In this document: in pieces, positions 36,882-50,789 of the stretch
Layout: each line of letters opens with the position of its first letter
Position numbering within the stretch: the stretch's first letter is position 1
Assembly (NCBI GenBank): GCA_002269645.1
Contig: NIVC01000065.1
Span: 186,001-250,000, forward strand
Origin: Macrostomum lignano
Lineage: Eukaryota
Length of the DNA stretch: 64,000 nt
Reading direction: 5' to 3'
Notes under the pieces: model-generated
Seen by the model: the letters and a program-made list of their open reading frames with translations, nothing else
Databases searched by the model: none
What the model was told of the DNA's origin: nothing
Position numbers and translations under genes: made by a program

Positions 36882-37535
36882 CGGGTTCCAGTGTCGCTTC
36901 AGGAGTAGGGGGTTCCAGTGTCGCTTCAGGAGTAGGGGGTTCCAGTATCGCTTCAGGAGTAGGGGGTTCCAGTGTCGCTTCAGGAGTAGGGGGTTCCAGT
37001 GTCGCTTCAGAAGTAGGGGTTCCAGTGTCGCTTCAGGAGTAGGGGGTTCCAGTGTCGCTTCAGGAGTAGGGGGTTCCAGTGTCGCTTCAGGAGTAGGGGG
37101 TTCCAGTGTCGCTTCAGGAGTAGGGGATTCTCCAGTGTCGCTTCAGGAGTAGGGGGTTCCAGTGTCGCTTCAGGAGTAGGGGTTCCAGTGTCGCTTCAGG
37201 AGTAGGGGGTTCCAGTGTCGCTTCAGGAGTAGGGGTTCCAGTGTCGCTTCAGGAGTAGGGGGTTCCAGTGTCGCTTCAGGAGTAGGGGGTTCCAGTGTCG
37301 CTTCAGGAGTAGGGGGTTCCAGTGTCGCTTCAGGAGTAGGGGGTTCCAGTGTCGCTTCAGGAGTAGGGGGTTCCAGTGTCGCTTCAGGAGTAGGGGGTTC
37401 CAGTGTCGCTTCAGGAGTAGGGGGTTCCAGTGTCGCTTCAGGAGTAGGGGGTTCCAGTGTCGCTTCAGGAGTAGGGGGTTCCAGTGTCGCTTCAGGAGTA
37501 GGGGGTTCCAGTGTCGCTTCAGGAGTAGGGGGTTC
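36882..37535. repeat. 27-bp minisatellite (GGGGGTTCCAGTGTCGCTTCAGGAGTA)
   Basis: About 24 units. Confidence 0.96.
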
Positions 37536-38574
37536 CTGTCTCGCCATTAATTAAGCTCACCCATTTGTTGCATATCGAATCAATGGCAACTTATTGTGCA
37601 AAAACAATAAAACAAAAAAATAATGCAAGAGAAATCGCCGATCAGGAGACCCAGTGTGGAATTCAGAGTCTAAACAAAACTATGCTAGGTTTAGGAGAGC
37701 TGTACCTAAAGCTTACATAGGAGAGGCGCTTTTTAAAGAGGCTGCATGGACTCTCACTCCGACCCTCTCTTTCTCAGCTCCGTCAGTCTCTATGCGATTC
37801 TCTTAGGTAGTCCTCCAAAAAAATTCACATCCAACCAAACTTCCAAGTATCGGGAGTGCTCCAGCAGCAGCAGCAGCAGCAAGGGTTACACACTATATAC
37901 TGAGCAGGGACCGCTATAGCGTGGACTGCGGCCGCACACGTGTGCGTGAGGAGGGCATTGTTTAATCTTGAGAAGTATGGGAGTTCCAAGGGGTTGACTG
38001 GGGGGGGGGTGTAGAGACGAGAGTCTTAGGAAGCAGCGCGGCTTTAAGATGGAGGACCAGTAGTGGTAGCCGCTTCTCATCTCTCAACTGGCCTCCCGCT
38101 ACTCAAAGCCTGAAAAAAACTGCGCGGGGTTTTTCTCTTCCCCTCTTCCCTGGCAGCATAAATATTTCACAGGTGGGCCGCGTTCCCATCGGCACCGGCT
38201 GAAACTTTGGTGGCCTAACTTTTTCTCCGCGCCCTGGCAATACTGCGAGTGGATTACTAATATTATGGGGAGTTTGGCCTTCATTGCCCAGTACTGAGCC
38301 GAGATGGAGGAGACTGGAGTCAGCCTGCCCGCTCTGGAAGACACTACTACAGTATATAGCACGAAGGAATGAAAACAGAGCGGGAATTAATTAGAGAGAG
38401 ACTATTCAAAACACGTCATTTCCCCAACCCCCCAGCTTTCAAACCTGGGATTGCTTTGAGAGTTTTTTGTCTCGGCCGCCGCTTGCGTGAAAGAACTTTT
38501 TTGTGAAATTCATTTTTTTTTAAGAATTGCTTATTGCAAACTGATGGCTGCTAGAAGATAGGCTGATCTGGAAG

Positions 38575-38865
38575 AAACACAGCCTCCTATAAGGATAGCT
38601 CCTCTAGAAGCAACATCTTCCAAGAAAGAGCAGCTCCTCTAGAAGCAAAACATTTCAAGAAAGAGCAGCTCCTCTAGAAGCAAAATCTTCCAAGAAAGAA
38701 CATCTCCTCTAGAAGCAAAACCTTCCAAGAAAGAATAGCCCCTTTAGAAGCAAAACCTTCCAAGAAAGAACAGATCCTCTATAGAAGCAAAACATTCCAA
38801 AAAAGAGCTTTTGGAGCCTTTGGAAGCTCCTCTAGAAGCAATACCTTCCAAGAGCTTCTAGAGCA
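38575..38865. repeat. Degenerate ~36-bp repeat (CTCCTCTAGAAGCAAAACCTTCCAAGAAAGAACAG); related short copy at about 36190-36270
   Basis: Recurrent CTCTAGAAGCAA core. Confidence 0.8.
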
Positions 38866-39374
38866 AGACTTTCTTTAACTAAGACCTGCAAGCCTGAATA
38901 ATTATAGCCTGGAAACAAGCGTACAATAAAATGAATTAGATTTCCAGATCAGGAGAATTTCTCTACCAGCGCTCAGCATTCAGCATCCTTAACTGAGGCG
39001 TTCATAAGAGTTCTATCCAAGGTTGGTTAAGTATTACCAAGGCGCCAAGCGGTTATCAGGAGGGGACCCTCACCTGCGAGCGAGTGAGCTGAGGCCTCTC
39101 AAAGGGGCTCGGGGACTGAGCTGGCCAAAGCCTCCCTGCTCAAGGGTTCACAGCAGCTGGTTGATGCGGGAAAAAATTCCCTGGCAGTTTTCTATTAGAG
39201 AAAAGCGAGCGAATTCAGAGAAGAGCCATTTCTCTCTCTCGGGCCCAACACTTAAAAAGGCGATTGATTCATTGTGCGCTACTGCTGTACATGCTCACTG
39301 TTTATTGTATACGAGCTATTAAAAAGTGGCACATGAATATAAACCCCTGGTAAGTTGAATGGTGAGGCATGACA

Positions 39375-40290
39375 GTCAGACAGAAGCTGGGAATTGGAGT
39401 GATACAGTATAGGGGAGAGAAGTGGAGTGAGATACTGGGAAGGTAAAAAGTAGAGTGAGATACTGGGAAGTAAGAGTGAGACACTGAGAAGTAGAGTGAG
39501 TCACTGAGAAGTAGAGTGAGACACTGAGAAGTAGAGTGAGACACTGAGAAGTAGAGTGAGACACTCAGAAGTAGAGTGAGACACTGAGAAGTAGAGTGAG
39601 ACACTGAGAAGTAGAGTGAGACACTCAGAAGTAGAGTGAGACACTGAGAAGTAGAGTGAGACACTCAGAAGTAGAGTGAGACACTGAGAAGTAGAGTGAG
39701 ACACTCAGAAGTAGAGTGAGCCACTGATAAGTAAGTGAGACACTGAGAAGTAAGAGTGAGAAATTGAGAAGTAGAGTGAGACACTGAGAAGTAGAGTGAG
39801 ACACTGAGAAGTAGAGTGAGACACTGAGATTGGTGAGAAGTAGACTGAAACACTGAGATTGGTGAGAAGTAGAGTGAGACACTGAGAAGTAAGAGTGAGA
39901 CACTGAGAAGTAGAGTGAGACACTGAGAAGTAAAGTGAGACACTGAGAAGTAAGAGTGAGAAATTGAGAAGTAGAGTGAGACACTGAGAAGTAGAGTGAG
40001 ACACTGAGAAGTAGAGTGAGACACTGAGAAGTAAAGTGAGACACTGAGAAGTAGAGTGAGACACTGAGAAGTAAAAGTGAGAAACTGAGAAGTAGAGTGA
40101 GACACTGAGATTGGTGAGAAGTAGACTGAAACACTGAGATTGGTGAGAAGTAGAGTGAGACACTGAGAAGTAGAGTGAGACACTGAGAAGTAAAGTGAGA
40201 CACTGAGAAGTAGAGTGAGACACTGAGAAGTAAAGTGAGACACTGAGAAGTAGAGTTGAGATACTGAGATTGTTGAGAAGTAGAGTGAGA
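39375..40290. repeat. ~20-bp purine-rich minisatellite (GAAGTAGAGTGAGACACTGA)
   Basis: Tandem units with higher-order variants. Confidence 0.95.
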
Positions 40291-42584
40291 CATCTGGAGG
40301 GTGAGCAAGCAGATAAGTTGAGAATATGTTGCGAAAGCAAAAGTTTTCTTTCAAGTTAATTTAGCTATTCAATCGGGGAGAAAAAAGTAAGACAGAAAAA
40401 GTTGCCAACAAAGGAAAAAATGAAAGGGCACCATATGATGACGATATCAACATTCCATACAATATTAGCTATATGACTGATAGATAGTCTTATTACATTG
40501 TATTGTAACAATTCATAGTTTGAGCAGACCAGACAGTGAAGCCCAGTATGCCAATGTATTGTTGTTGAGTTCTGCATATGTTGGCGCCAAAGCCCCACAG
40601 AGAGCGAGGAGCCTACAGGCCCCATCTGCTCCAGATTATTCTGCGAATTTAGAGAATAAAACCCGTGAAATCTCCCCCCACCTCACCGCGCCGATTTCCC
40701 TCCTCACAGCGGGGGGTTCGAAATCATGCTTTGGAAAAAAACTGTACACTGCACACAGACAGACATCAAGCTGATGCTCACGACAATACAAAGAGCTCCA
40801 ATCTCCCCCAATAGGACACCCGACTATGGATCAAGTTAGTCAAAAGCTTTAAAAGAAGATTTAGCAGAGCTTTGACCAAGCTCTAAAACGGTAGCTTTCA
40901 AGGCAATCATTTCTTTTGACAGTTCACGGGGCTGATACGCTCCGAACCGATCAAGTATTGGGAAATCCCCATTCAGCAGATCGTCTCTCGCATTTTTGAT
41001 CCCCGGGTTTCGCGTTTGGTCATTTTGAATTTTCTTTCTCTAATGCAGTAAAAACAGAGGCTTAGCTGTAGGGGTTGGGAAACAACGAGAGACTGAAAGA
41101 CCAGCGATGGAGGAGGATTAGCAGCACCTGCTTCTTAATCCATTATTTAAGAACACAAGAGAAAAGCGAAACGGCCCTGCTGGACGCTGGATATGATGAA
41201 GCTTGGCCTCCATTTCAGCATCAGAGCCTATTGAGTGTGGCCGCCCGCCATAGCCTTTTCTTCGGGGGAAAATATCCCCCCTATCCACTTCTCAAGGCTG
41301 CTCAAGAGACAGCAAGACGCACGGATGGGGACAGGTCCTGCTAAATAATGCAGAATCCCATCTGGAGTTGTCTTTTATCATCTACAGTCTTGACAAGTCT
41401 CCTTTGGCTGCATACTGGGGTGCCAGTAAAATCCCCGCTGAGAATTTCCAAACATCAATTACAATTTTGGCGCAGAGAGGGCACCGGCTCGCGCGCACAA
41501 TATGCAGCGTTGAAAAATGCATGACAAACCAAAAGTGAGGATTATACACGGGGATATTAGAACGTGATGAGATTAAGCACGAGATTGACGGGTGTTAATA
41601 CTCATCGCGTGCCATCTGAGAACTGCTCGAGAATTGGGAAGGGGGCTTGCCAAACTGGATAGGAAATACAGCTCTGTGCCAAGCAGCTGTATTGAAGTCA
41701 CGGGCTCGATTCTTTCGTCAAGATTTCGGCGCCAAATGGACAAGCGTCATCTTCGTCTTGAAATCTTTCTTGACACAACTCAGAAAGCGGCAATTTTTAA
41801 CCCCAGAAACTGACATGCAGTCGTCAAAAAGCCAAAAGTCACAAATTCGCAACATGGCCCGGATTTGATGACAAAACTAGGGGGGGCAAAAAGTCATTTT
41901 AGACAGGCCCTAACAACTCACTCTCGCTCCGTCTCTGGCCCCTATTTTTGCTCAACCCCTCCATTTCCCCTTTTATCCACTTTCTGTCTCTGAGTCTCCA
42001 GGACCAGAGCGGCAGAGAGAGACTCAGAAATGAGAATTCCCCGGAGAGAAGCAGAAACAGGCTCTGAGTCTCTTCTAGCAAGTCGTCCTCCTGATGCTTT
42101 TGTGCTGACGCTGGATTTTAATCCAATCTAATGTCTTTGGCCTCGGCCTCTCTTTCTCTCTCTCTCTGGCTCTCTCAAGGGAAAGCCGGCGTGAGAACCA
42201 TAAAAAATAGCTTTCCGAGCGAACCTGCACCGGCGTCCCCACTTTCCCGATCCATTTTCATCCATTTCTCTCCATGCCAGCCAGTCTGTTGATCTGCAGT
42301 CAGCTTTTCACTTTTATACGCAGTGCGCGTGCGCGAGTGCGCGTCAAAGTTCGCAGAAATTTATTGCTAATTACACATGCGATACCTCCAGCTTCCCATG
42401 GCAGCTGGATGGACCGGATCTTTTATTGGGAAGCCCAAGCTACACGGGAGGGAGATACGGAACTGACACTCTTGAAGCAGACCCAACCAACTCAGAAGAA
42501 AATATTTAATTTTTAATTATAAACTGATCTGAACTGAAATTCCATGAAAAAATGAAGATTTTAGTGCCATATTTAAAAAAGTAT

Positions 42585-43360
42585 AGTGCCATCTTTGATA
42601 ACAGCAGTGCCATTTTGAGCAAGATTGCAATGCCACTGTTGATAACAGCAGTGCCATTTTGAGCAAGATTGAAGTGGCACTTTGATGATAGCAGTGTCAT
42701 TTTGAGCAAGATTGCAGTGGCACCTTTGATAACAGCAGTGCCATTTTGAGCAAGATTGCAATGCCACTGTTGATAACAGCAGTGCCATTTTGAGCAAGAT
42801 TGAAGTGGCACTTTGATAACAGCAGTGCCATTTTGAGCAAGATTGCAGTGGCACTTTGATGATAGCAGTGCCATTTTGAGCAAGATTGAAGTGGCACTTT
42901 GATAACAGCAGTGCCATTTTGAGCAAGATTGCAGTGGCACTTTGATGATAGCAGTGCCATTTTGAGCAAGATTGCAGTGGCACTTTGATGATAGCAGTGC
43001 CATTTTGAGCAAGATTGAAGTGGCACTTTGATGATAACAGTGCCATTTTGAGCAAGATTGAAGTGGCACTTTGATGATAGCAGTGCCATTTTGAGCAAGA
43101 TTGAAGTGGCACTTTGATGATAGCAGTGCCATTTTGAGCAAGATTGAAGTGGCACTTTGATAACAGCAGTGCCATTTTGAGCAAGATTGAAGTGGCACTT
43201 TGATGATAGCAGTGTCATTTTGAGCAAGATTGCAGTGGCACCTTTGATAACAGCAGTGCCATTTTGAGCAAGATTGAAGTGGCACTTTGCTGATAGCAGT
43301 GCCATTTTGAGCAATATTGAAGTGGCACTTTGATGATAACAGTGCCATTTTGAGCAAGAT
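42585..43360. repeat. 43-bp minisatellite with internal inverted repeat (AGTGCCA...TGGCACT)
   Basis: About 18 units; 43-aa periodicity in the overlapping ORFs. Confidence 0.95.
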
Positions 43361-43944
43361 TATACAGGCATTTGACATTTCCGGAATCTCAAGCAATGGA
43401 GGCAGCCGTTGGCCCGAGGAGCTGGAACTCGGGCAGGGAGAAAGAAATAAAAGCAAACCCGGCCCCATGATTTTTCTTAGATCCCAGCGCCACATGGAAA
43501 TTTTCCCATCAGACCTGAAGCGACTTCTCTCCCCGCAGCCTCTTTTCTAGCCTAAAAATCCACAGAGTCAGGACTCCCGCGTCTGCAGTCGCCGAAAGCC
43601 CCGAAGACTGCCCTCCCTTCCTTACAGCACACATGAAAACGTGGAGAACAAACACACGATCTCAAGCTGGATAGGCGTATGAGCATGGAGTATAGTCTAA
43701 AGGCATTACTAGCTTGCGGACTGAAGAAATTACCGCAAACACTACTTTAGCTATATTGGGTTGGATGGCAATGTTTAATAGATTTTGTCGGCTTAGGATA
43801 TTAGGATTACGTGTATGTGCACTGTACTTTCAACGTATATATGTACACGTGATATTGCGAACTAATATATAATGTATATTATATGACAGATCTTTGTAAG
43901 TCGCTTATTGAATATTTCCAAGGTGTCAAAGCAAACGATCCAAA

Positions 43945-44581
43945 TGATCCCAGGCGCCACTCTCAAAGATCCCAGGCGCCACTCTCAAAGATCCCAGGAG
44001 CCACTCTCAAAGATCCCAGGAGCCACTCTCAAAGATCCCAGGCGCCACTCTCAAAGATCCCAGGAGCCACTCTCAAAGATCCCAGGAGCCACCCCTAAAT
44101 TTCTAGGGAGCCACTCTTAAAGATGCAAGCTAGGCGCCACATTTAAAGATTTAAAGATTCAAGATGCAAAGCAAAAATCCTAGATGCGAATCAAAGATCC
44201 CTGGTGCAAATCAAAGATCCCAGATGCGAATCAAAGATCCCAGGTGCAAATCAAAGATCCCAGATGCAAATCAAAGATCCCTGGTGCAAATCAAAGATCC
44301 CAGATGCAAATCAAAGATCCCAGATGCAAATCAAAGATCCCAGATGCAAATCAAAGATCCCAGGTGCAAATCAAAGATCACAGGTGCAAATCAGATCCCA
44401 GGTGCAAATCAAAGATCCCATGTTGAAATCAAAGATCCCAGATGCAAATCAAAGATCCCTGGTGCAAATCAAAGATCCCAGATGCAAATCAAAGATCCCA
44501 GATGCAAATCAAAGATCCCAGATGCAAATCAAAGATCCCTGGTGCAAATCAAAGATCTCAGATGCAAATCAAAGATCCCAG
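43945..44581. repeat. Two adjacent minisatellites (22-bp then 20-bp) sharing the CAAAGATCCC core
   Basis: CCCAGGCGCCACTCTCAAAGAT (about 43945-44120) followed by CAAATCAAAGATCCCAGATG (about 44165-44581). Confidence 0.93.
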
Positions 44582-45572
44582 ACGGCCATACGGGCCATTC
44601 AAAGAAGCATCTACGCCCCTAAACTCCAAAACCTCCTTGCTTGTCTCATTGCACCGGCACCGCCCTCCAGAACAGATCGCATACTCGTACACAAATATTG
44701 TCCAGATTGCTCAGCCAAATCTTGAGACTAGAATCTGCATGGCTGATTGTAAACTACAGTGTTCAAAGAGTTGCACTAACTGACAATCGTAAGGATAACA
44801 TCATCAATAATTAATTAGAGCAGGACTCGATTGAGCAGTGAGCACTGCTCTACCAGCACAATAAAAAACATTTTATAGAACGGAGAGCACAATCAGGATT
44901 GCTTTGTTCCAGCTCAGCAGAACGCATCACAAATAAAATCCCTAAGCCTTAAGACAATTGCCCCATCGCATGTAAAATAAAAGACTAAACCTACCTGGCA
45001 TGTGTATAAAATACCAGTTCAAAGTAAGGTTGAATAAAATAAATAAAGATAAGAAAACAGATAAAACTAACTAGAATTTAGTTTATAATGAAGAGTCATT
45101 ATTGTATTATCATATATGAGAACTCTTTGATCTTTGTCGGCAATTTAATTTAAGAACTTGATACAAGCACCTCGTCAAATTGGAAGCAATAAATACATAT
45201 AGGGCGTAATTACTAATAGGCAATTAAAGAGTATTGAAATGGACTTCAACCGTAAGAGAAAAAGTGGTAAAAATATCAAACTGAAGTGCGTTTACACTAG
45301 TAGTCACTAGAATGCCTAAATACCTGACTTGATATGGCAAATATAATCAGAGAGTTAATTCGTTTCATTTTCTGTAATTAACTTAAAAAAAAATTATGGC
45401 ATGTAAGGCACAAAAATCTCTTTATTACTACTGACTAGTAATATTACAAGAGAACAGCATGTTAATGAAGAGATCCAGATAAATGAGCTCATCAAATTAT
45501 AACTATGACAATCACAAGATAGAACATACTTTGATCACAATATATATTATGCAATCATAAAATATAATCATC

Positions 45573-46242
45573 TGTACCAACTATCGGGACTCTTGTACCA
45601 ACGATCGGAACTCTTGTACCAACTATCGGGACTCTTGTACCAACTATCGGAACTCTTGTACCAACTATCGGGACTCTTGTACCAATTATCGGCACTCTTG
45701 TACCAACTATCGGCACTCTTGTACCAACTATCGGAACTCTTGTACCAACGATCGGAACTCTTGTACCAACTATCGGAACTCTTGTACCAACTATCGGGAC
45801 TCTTGTACCAACTATCGGAACTCTTGTACCAACTATCGGCACTCTTGTACCAACGATCGGAACTCTTGTACCAACTATCGGGACTCTTGTACCAACTATC
45901 GGAACTCTTGTACCAACTATCGGGACTCTTGTACCAACTATCGGAACTCTTGTACCAACTATCGGGACTCTTGTACCAACTATCGGAACTCTTGTACCAA
46001 CTATCGGGACTCTTGTACCAACTATCGGGACTCTTGTACCAACTATCGGAACTCTTGTACCAACTATCGGGACTCTTGTACCAACTATCGGGACTCTTGT
46101 ACCAACTATCGAAACTCTTGTACCAACTATCGGAACTCTTGTACCAACTATCGGGACTCTTGTACCAACTATCGGGACTCTTGTACCAACTATCGGGACT
46201 CTTGTACCAACTATCGGAACTCTTGTACCAACTATCAGAACT
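45573..46242. repeat. 21-bp minisatellite (TGTACCAACTATCGGGACTCT)
   Basis: About 32 units. Confidence 0.96.
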
Positions 46243-46379
46243 GTATTACTAAATACGATTTAAAGTAAATTTAAAGGTAGATGCCGTATACCCTGTAATA
46301 GTACTCTTACATAAAATTTAGCCATGCATGCTACTATTATACTACTAACTACAAGACAGCGTTTCGGTCAGATTCAGAT

Positions 46380-49300
46380 TCAGAAGCCGGCGGCAGCGTG
46401 CATGACCTTCTTTGTCCATTCGTAGGCGACAAACAGGGCGCCGCTAGCGAAAAATGTTCGCACAATTGTGGGCGACAAGCCAGCGTACAGAGCGGTGACA
46501 CCTGAGAGGGAAGTGAGTTATTATATAGACTACTTATACATAAGTAGTAGTCTGATTTATTCGTCTTTAAAATCCAAGCTTTGACCCGCCTCTAATTCTC
46601 TTGTATACATTTGACCCACGATTCTTGATCACTTTCATTGCAATCTGTGACCCATGATCCTTGATCTATTAATAATTGACGCACTGTAACTGTGGTTTAA
46701 GATGACTCACCTTTTCTCTGGTCTGCGAACCGACCTGTGATTCACTTCTACTTCGGCTCTTGACGGTCATGAGACTTGACCCTTTTTCACTGGGACCCCT
46801 AATTGACCAATTTTGCACGATTTTAGATCTGCTTTGACTGTCCTCTGCGACTGCGACCTCTGCGATCTTTGATTAACTTTCCTATCCTAGAATATATGAC
46901 CCAATTTCCTAGAATATATTACGCTCTTTCTTAGAATATATGACCCAATTTCCTAGAATATATGACCTAATTTCCTAGAATATATTACGCTCTTTCTTAG
47001 AATATATGACCCAATTTCCTAGAATATATGATCCAATTTCCTAGAATATATGAACCACTTTCTTAGAATATATGAGCCACTTTCCTAGAATAGATGAGCC
47101 ACTTTCCTAGAATAGATGAGCCACTTTCCTAGAATAGATGAGCCGCTTTCCTAGAATAGATGAGCCACTTTCTTAGAATAGATGAGCCACTTTCCTAGAA
47201 TAGATGAGCCGCTTTCCTAGAATAGATGAGCCACTTTCCTAGAATAGATGAGCCGCTTTCCTAGAATAGATGAGCCGCTTTCCTAGAATAGATGAGCCGC
47301 TTTCCTAGAATAGATGAGCCACTTTCCTAGAATAGATGAGCCGCTTTCCTAGAATAGATGAGCCGCTTTCCTAGAATAGATGAGCCGCTTTCCTAGAATA
47401 GATGAGCCACTTTCCTAGAATAGATGAGCCGCTTTCCTAGAATATACAACCTAGTTTCCTAGTAGAATCATACATGCGCAACACCCGGCCGATCCGGCCG
47501 GCTGGCGAGAGGCGCAGCTAAGATAAGTTGCAAAAATGCCCACGCAAAAATCCAAATTCCATTAGTAGTGCCAATTAGATGACGAGACATTTAGCCTTAA
47601 TAAAACAGTGATAGTTACTCCTGCCGTTTACCCAAAATTACGTCAATTTTGCTTAGGTTTCTTTCATAGGTAAGTCGGATTTTTGGTCAAGATGTAAGTC
47701 ACACGGCTGGTGTAAATCAGGGGTTTGTGCAAGTATCAGGAATATGCGAACCACTTTCTTAGAATAGTAGACCCACTTTATTGCGTCACAGTGACGACCA
47801 CCTCTTTTGCTCGGCGACTCACCTTCTTTGCGAAGAATCTCCATAAACAGGGCTCGCATTGAGGCCACCTGACCTTCGCTAGCAATTTGCATGCGCGATT
47901 TCAACACGTCGAACGGGAATATCGCAGTCCACAGTGCAACACCGCCGATGCCGCCAGCCAAGGCAGTTTTCACTGGCCCAATCTTATCCTTGTTGCCGCC
48001 CTTGGGTGTCATAGCCGCCCTGCTCAGCTCGTAGCCGCCGAAAAAGAAAAAATAGCCGGGCACCTCGCGACCGAATGTTGGCAACAGGCCGCGGAAAAAG
48101 CCGCGAATGCCTTCTTCGCGAAAGATCTGCCGGGTTAGGGACCAGGGCCCGCTGCGGTTGGAGCATCGGGTTGGTGAAGCTTTAGGCTGGTGAATCTTCG
48201 GGTTGGTGAAGCATCGGGTTGGTGAAGCATCGGGTTGGTGAAGCTTCGGATTGGTGAAGCTTCGGGTTGGTGAAGCTTTGGATTGGTGAAGCTTTGGATT
48301 GGTGAAGCTTTAGGTTGGTGAAGCTTAGGGTTGGTGAAGCTTTGGGGTTGGTGAAGCTTCGGGTTGGTGAAGCTAGAGGTTGGTGAAGCTTCGGGTTGGT
48401 GAAGCTTTAGGCTGAAGCTTCGGGTTGGTGAACCTTCGGGTTGGTTGTTTTGGGTTTTGACATTCGGGTTGAACCCAGTCTAACCCGCGTCACCCGCGTC
48501 ACTCACACTGTGGCAATGTCCACTCCTTTTGGCGCTTTCCCAGCCTCCAGCTGTTCCCGCAATGCCTGCAGCCGGCATTTAACCAGCTCCGTAGGGCACA
48601 GAGCCAGAGAAGAGAACACAGCCGCCATGCTGCCAGCCAGAGCATTGTGAGTAGGCCGCATGCGCTCAACACTGGTGCCCAACAGACTGGCTACAGATTT
48701 CTGACAGGCTCCGTACGCGGCAAACAGAATGGAATTCTCGGCCACATTGGCGGCCAGAGCTGGCACTGTGCCAGCGTAAAGACCCCTGGCGACGCCGTCT
48801 TTGCGCAGGGTCTGCATGAAGCAGCGCACAGCGTTGCCATAGACAGCTGGGAAAGTCTGCATTTTCACTTTGACAGTGTCCAGCGGCTGGCCGACGTACA
48901 CACCGGCCACCGCGCCTGCGGATAAGCAATGTTGATTTTTGAATCAATGATTAATCATTACACAATCATTGAAGGCCGCAGATACTAATTCAGAATCCCT
49001 GGCTTATTATAAGTGGGAATTCCTGTAATCCCTGGCTTATTATAGGTGGGAATTCCTAAAATCCATGGCTAATTCTAAGAAGGAATTCCTAGAATCCATG
49101 GCTAATTCTAAGAAGGAATTCCTAGAATCCATGGCTAGTTCTAAGAAGGAATTCCTAGAATCCATGGCTAGTTCTAAGAAGGAATTCCTAGAATCCATGG
49201 CTAATTCTAAGAAGGAATTCCTAGAATCCATGGCTAATTCTAAGAAGGAATTCCTAGAATCCATGGCTAGTTCTAAGAAGGAATTCCTAGAATCCATGGC

Positions 49301-49939
49301 TAGTTCTAAGAAGGAATTCCTAGAATCCATGGCTAATTCTAAGAAGGAATTCCTAGAATCCATGGCTAATTCTAAGAAGGAATTCCTAGAATCCATGGCT
49401 AATTCTAAGAAGGAATTCCTAGAATCCATGGCTAATTCTAAGAAGGAATTCCTAGAATCCATGGCTAATTCTAATTAGGAATTCCTAGAATCCATGGCTA
49501 ATTCTAAGAAGGAATTCCTAGAATCCATGGCTAATTCTAAGAAGGAATTCCTAGAATCCATGGCTAATTCTAATTAGGAATTCCTAGAATCCATGGCTAA
49601 TTATAAGGAATTACTAGAATCCCTGTCTAGTTCTAAGCGGGAATTTCCACTCGCAGAAATCCCAGACTAGATAAAGACAGAAAACTAAAGCTAAATATTG
49701 ACTAAAATGATTTTCTAGAATAAGTCTTAACCTAAGAACCCAGGTGTGACTACTTGAAAGAATCATAAAAGGCTAACACCTACATTGTTCCTATGCCAAA
49801 ATCACGCTTACAAAACTACAATAGCATCTTATTCGCAGAATTAATTACCATTAGCTCCGGCAATAAAGTCGATAGACAAATCGACAGAATGTTGAAAGGC
49901 AGTCTTGCCAGACTCGTCAGACTGATGCGAGTGGCTCAT
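46380..49939 (-). CDS. slc25a15: Mitochondrial ornithine/basic amino-acid carrier (SLC25A15/2-like), 316 aa, 4 coding exons
   Basis: complement(join(46380..46501,47823..48151,48507..48915,49849..49939)); GT-AG introns with phases 1, 2, 1 and an open frame. Three carrier signatures: [33 protein letters not shown]. Also [10 protein letters not shown] and [14 protein letters not shown]. Confidence 0.93.
46885..47460. repeat. 22-bp minisatellite (CTAGAATAGATGAGCCGCTTTC) in carrier intron 3
   Basis: Tandem units. Confidence 0.94.
48168..48445. repeat. 16-bp minisatellite (CGGGTTGGTGAAGCTT) in carrier intron 2
   Basis: Tandem units. Confidence 0.92.
49015..49630. repeat. 33-bp minisatellite (CATGGCTAATTCTAAGAAGGAATTCCTAGAATC) in carrier intron 1
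   Basis: About 17 units; source of the [11 protein letters not shown] ORFs. Confidence 0.95.
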
Positions 49940-50789
49940 ATTAACGCAGATAATTATAGACGGGCCTCTGTAAGTATTTATTACTGGGTTAGTAGACAGC
50001 AGATATGCTCAAATGGTTAATTGTAGGACAGCTAATGAGTTGGAACCAGAGCTTCGAACAATCTTATTCTTTTCCGGTTTCCTCTTTACTAATGAGCTCT
50101 CCATATTTAACCACATTAAACTGCCTCAATGGCTCTAAAAACAGCTGCTTAAGAATTTTTGGCTCTGACTAGCGAGAGAGAGAGAGAGAATGAAAAACCG
50201 AACCACGTGACGTGACCCTACTGTCCAGGGGCTGCAAGTAACCTGTTGTTGCTGCTGTTTTGTTCTCAAATTTAAATTAATCAATTTGAAATAACTAACA
50301 AATATAACTGGACACTGGCTACTTTGAATTAAAAATGACTTATTTTCCTACTAGTAGTAGGATTGACAGTGTAGAAAGTCGCTTTTAAAAATATCTGATA
50401 AAATTCTCTGATGATAGCTACTGCTGGTTTAAAACAAAAGCTTTGCATTGAAATATTCTCTCTCCTCATCGATTTCCAGCATCCCCTCCCCCCCCCACTG
50501 TCCCGTCCAATCAGACTGCGCCAACACGGTCTGCCGTGAATTCAAAGGCAAACAAAACATTTGCTGCAAAAAATGAGTCTAGCTTGTAGCAGAGGCAGAG
50601 AAATGCGAGAACAATGGAGGCAGTTACAGATCTCCAAATAATGCGGCTGGTAGACTGATAAAAGTACAAATTCACTTGGTAGGTTTAATGGTGCGACGCC
50701 TTCATTCTGATAAAGGTAAAGAGAAGATTCAAAATATGAGAAATCTTCAATACTGTACAGGATGGGCATAGGGGTGAGATTCAATGGGA

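Noticed and set aside
32776-38193. Shared 11-mer TTCCCATCGGC at 32776 and 38183 as a POU4 enhancer motif
   Set aside because: Many 11-bp matches are expected by chance in 64 kb and there is no positional constraint.
40365-42516. Short ORFs (60-90 aa) in the unique DNA 3' of POU4
   Set aside because: No recognisable motifs, no consistent splice structure, and mostly non-ATG starts.
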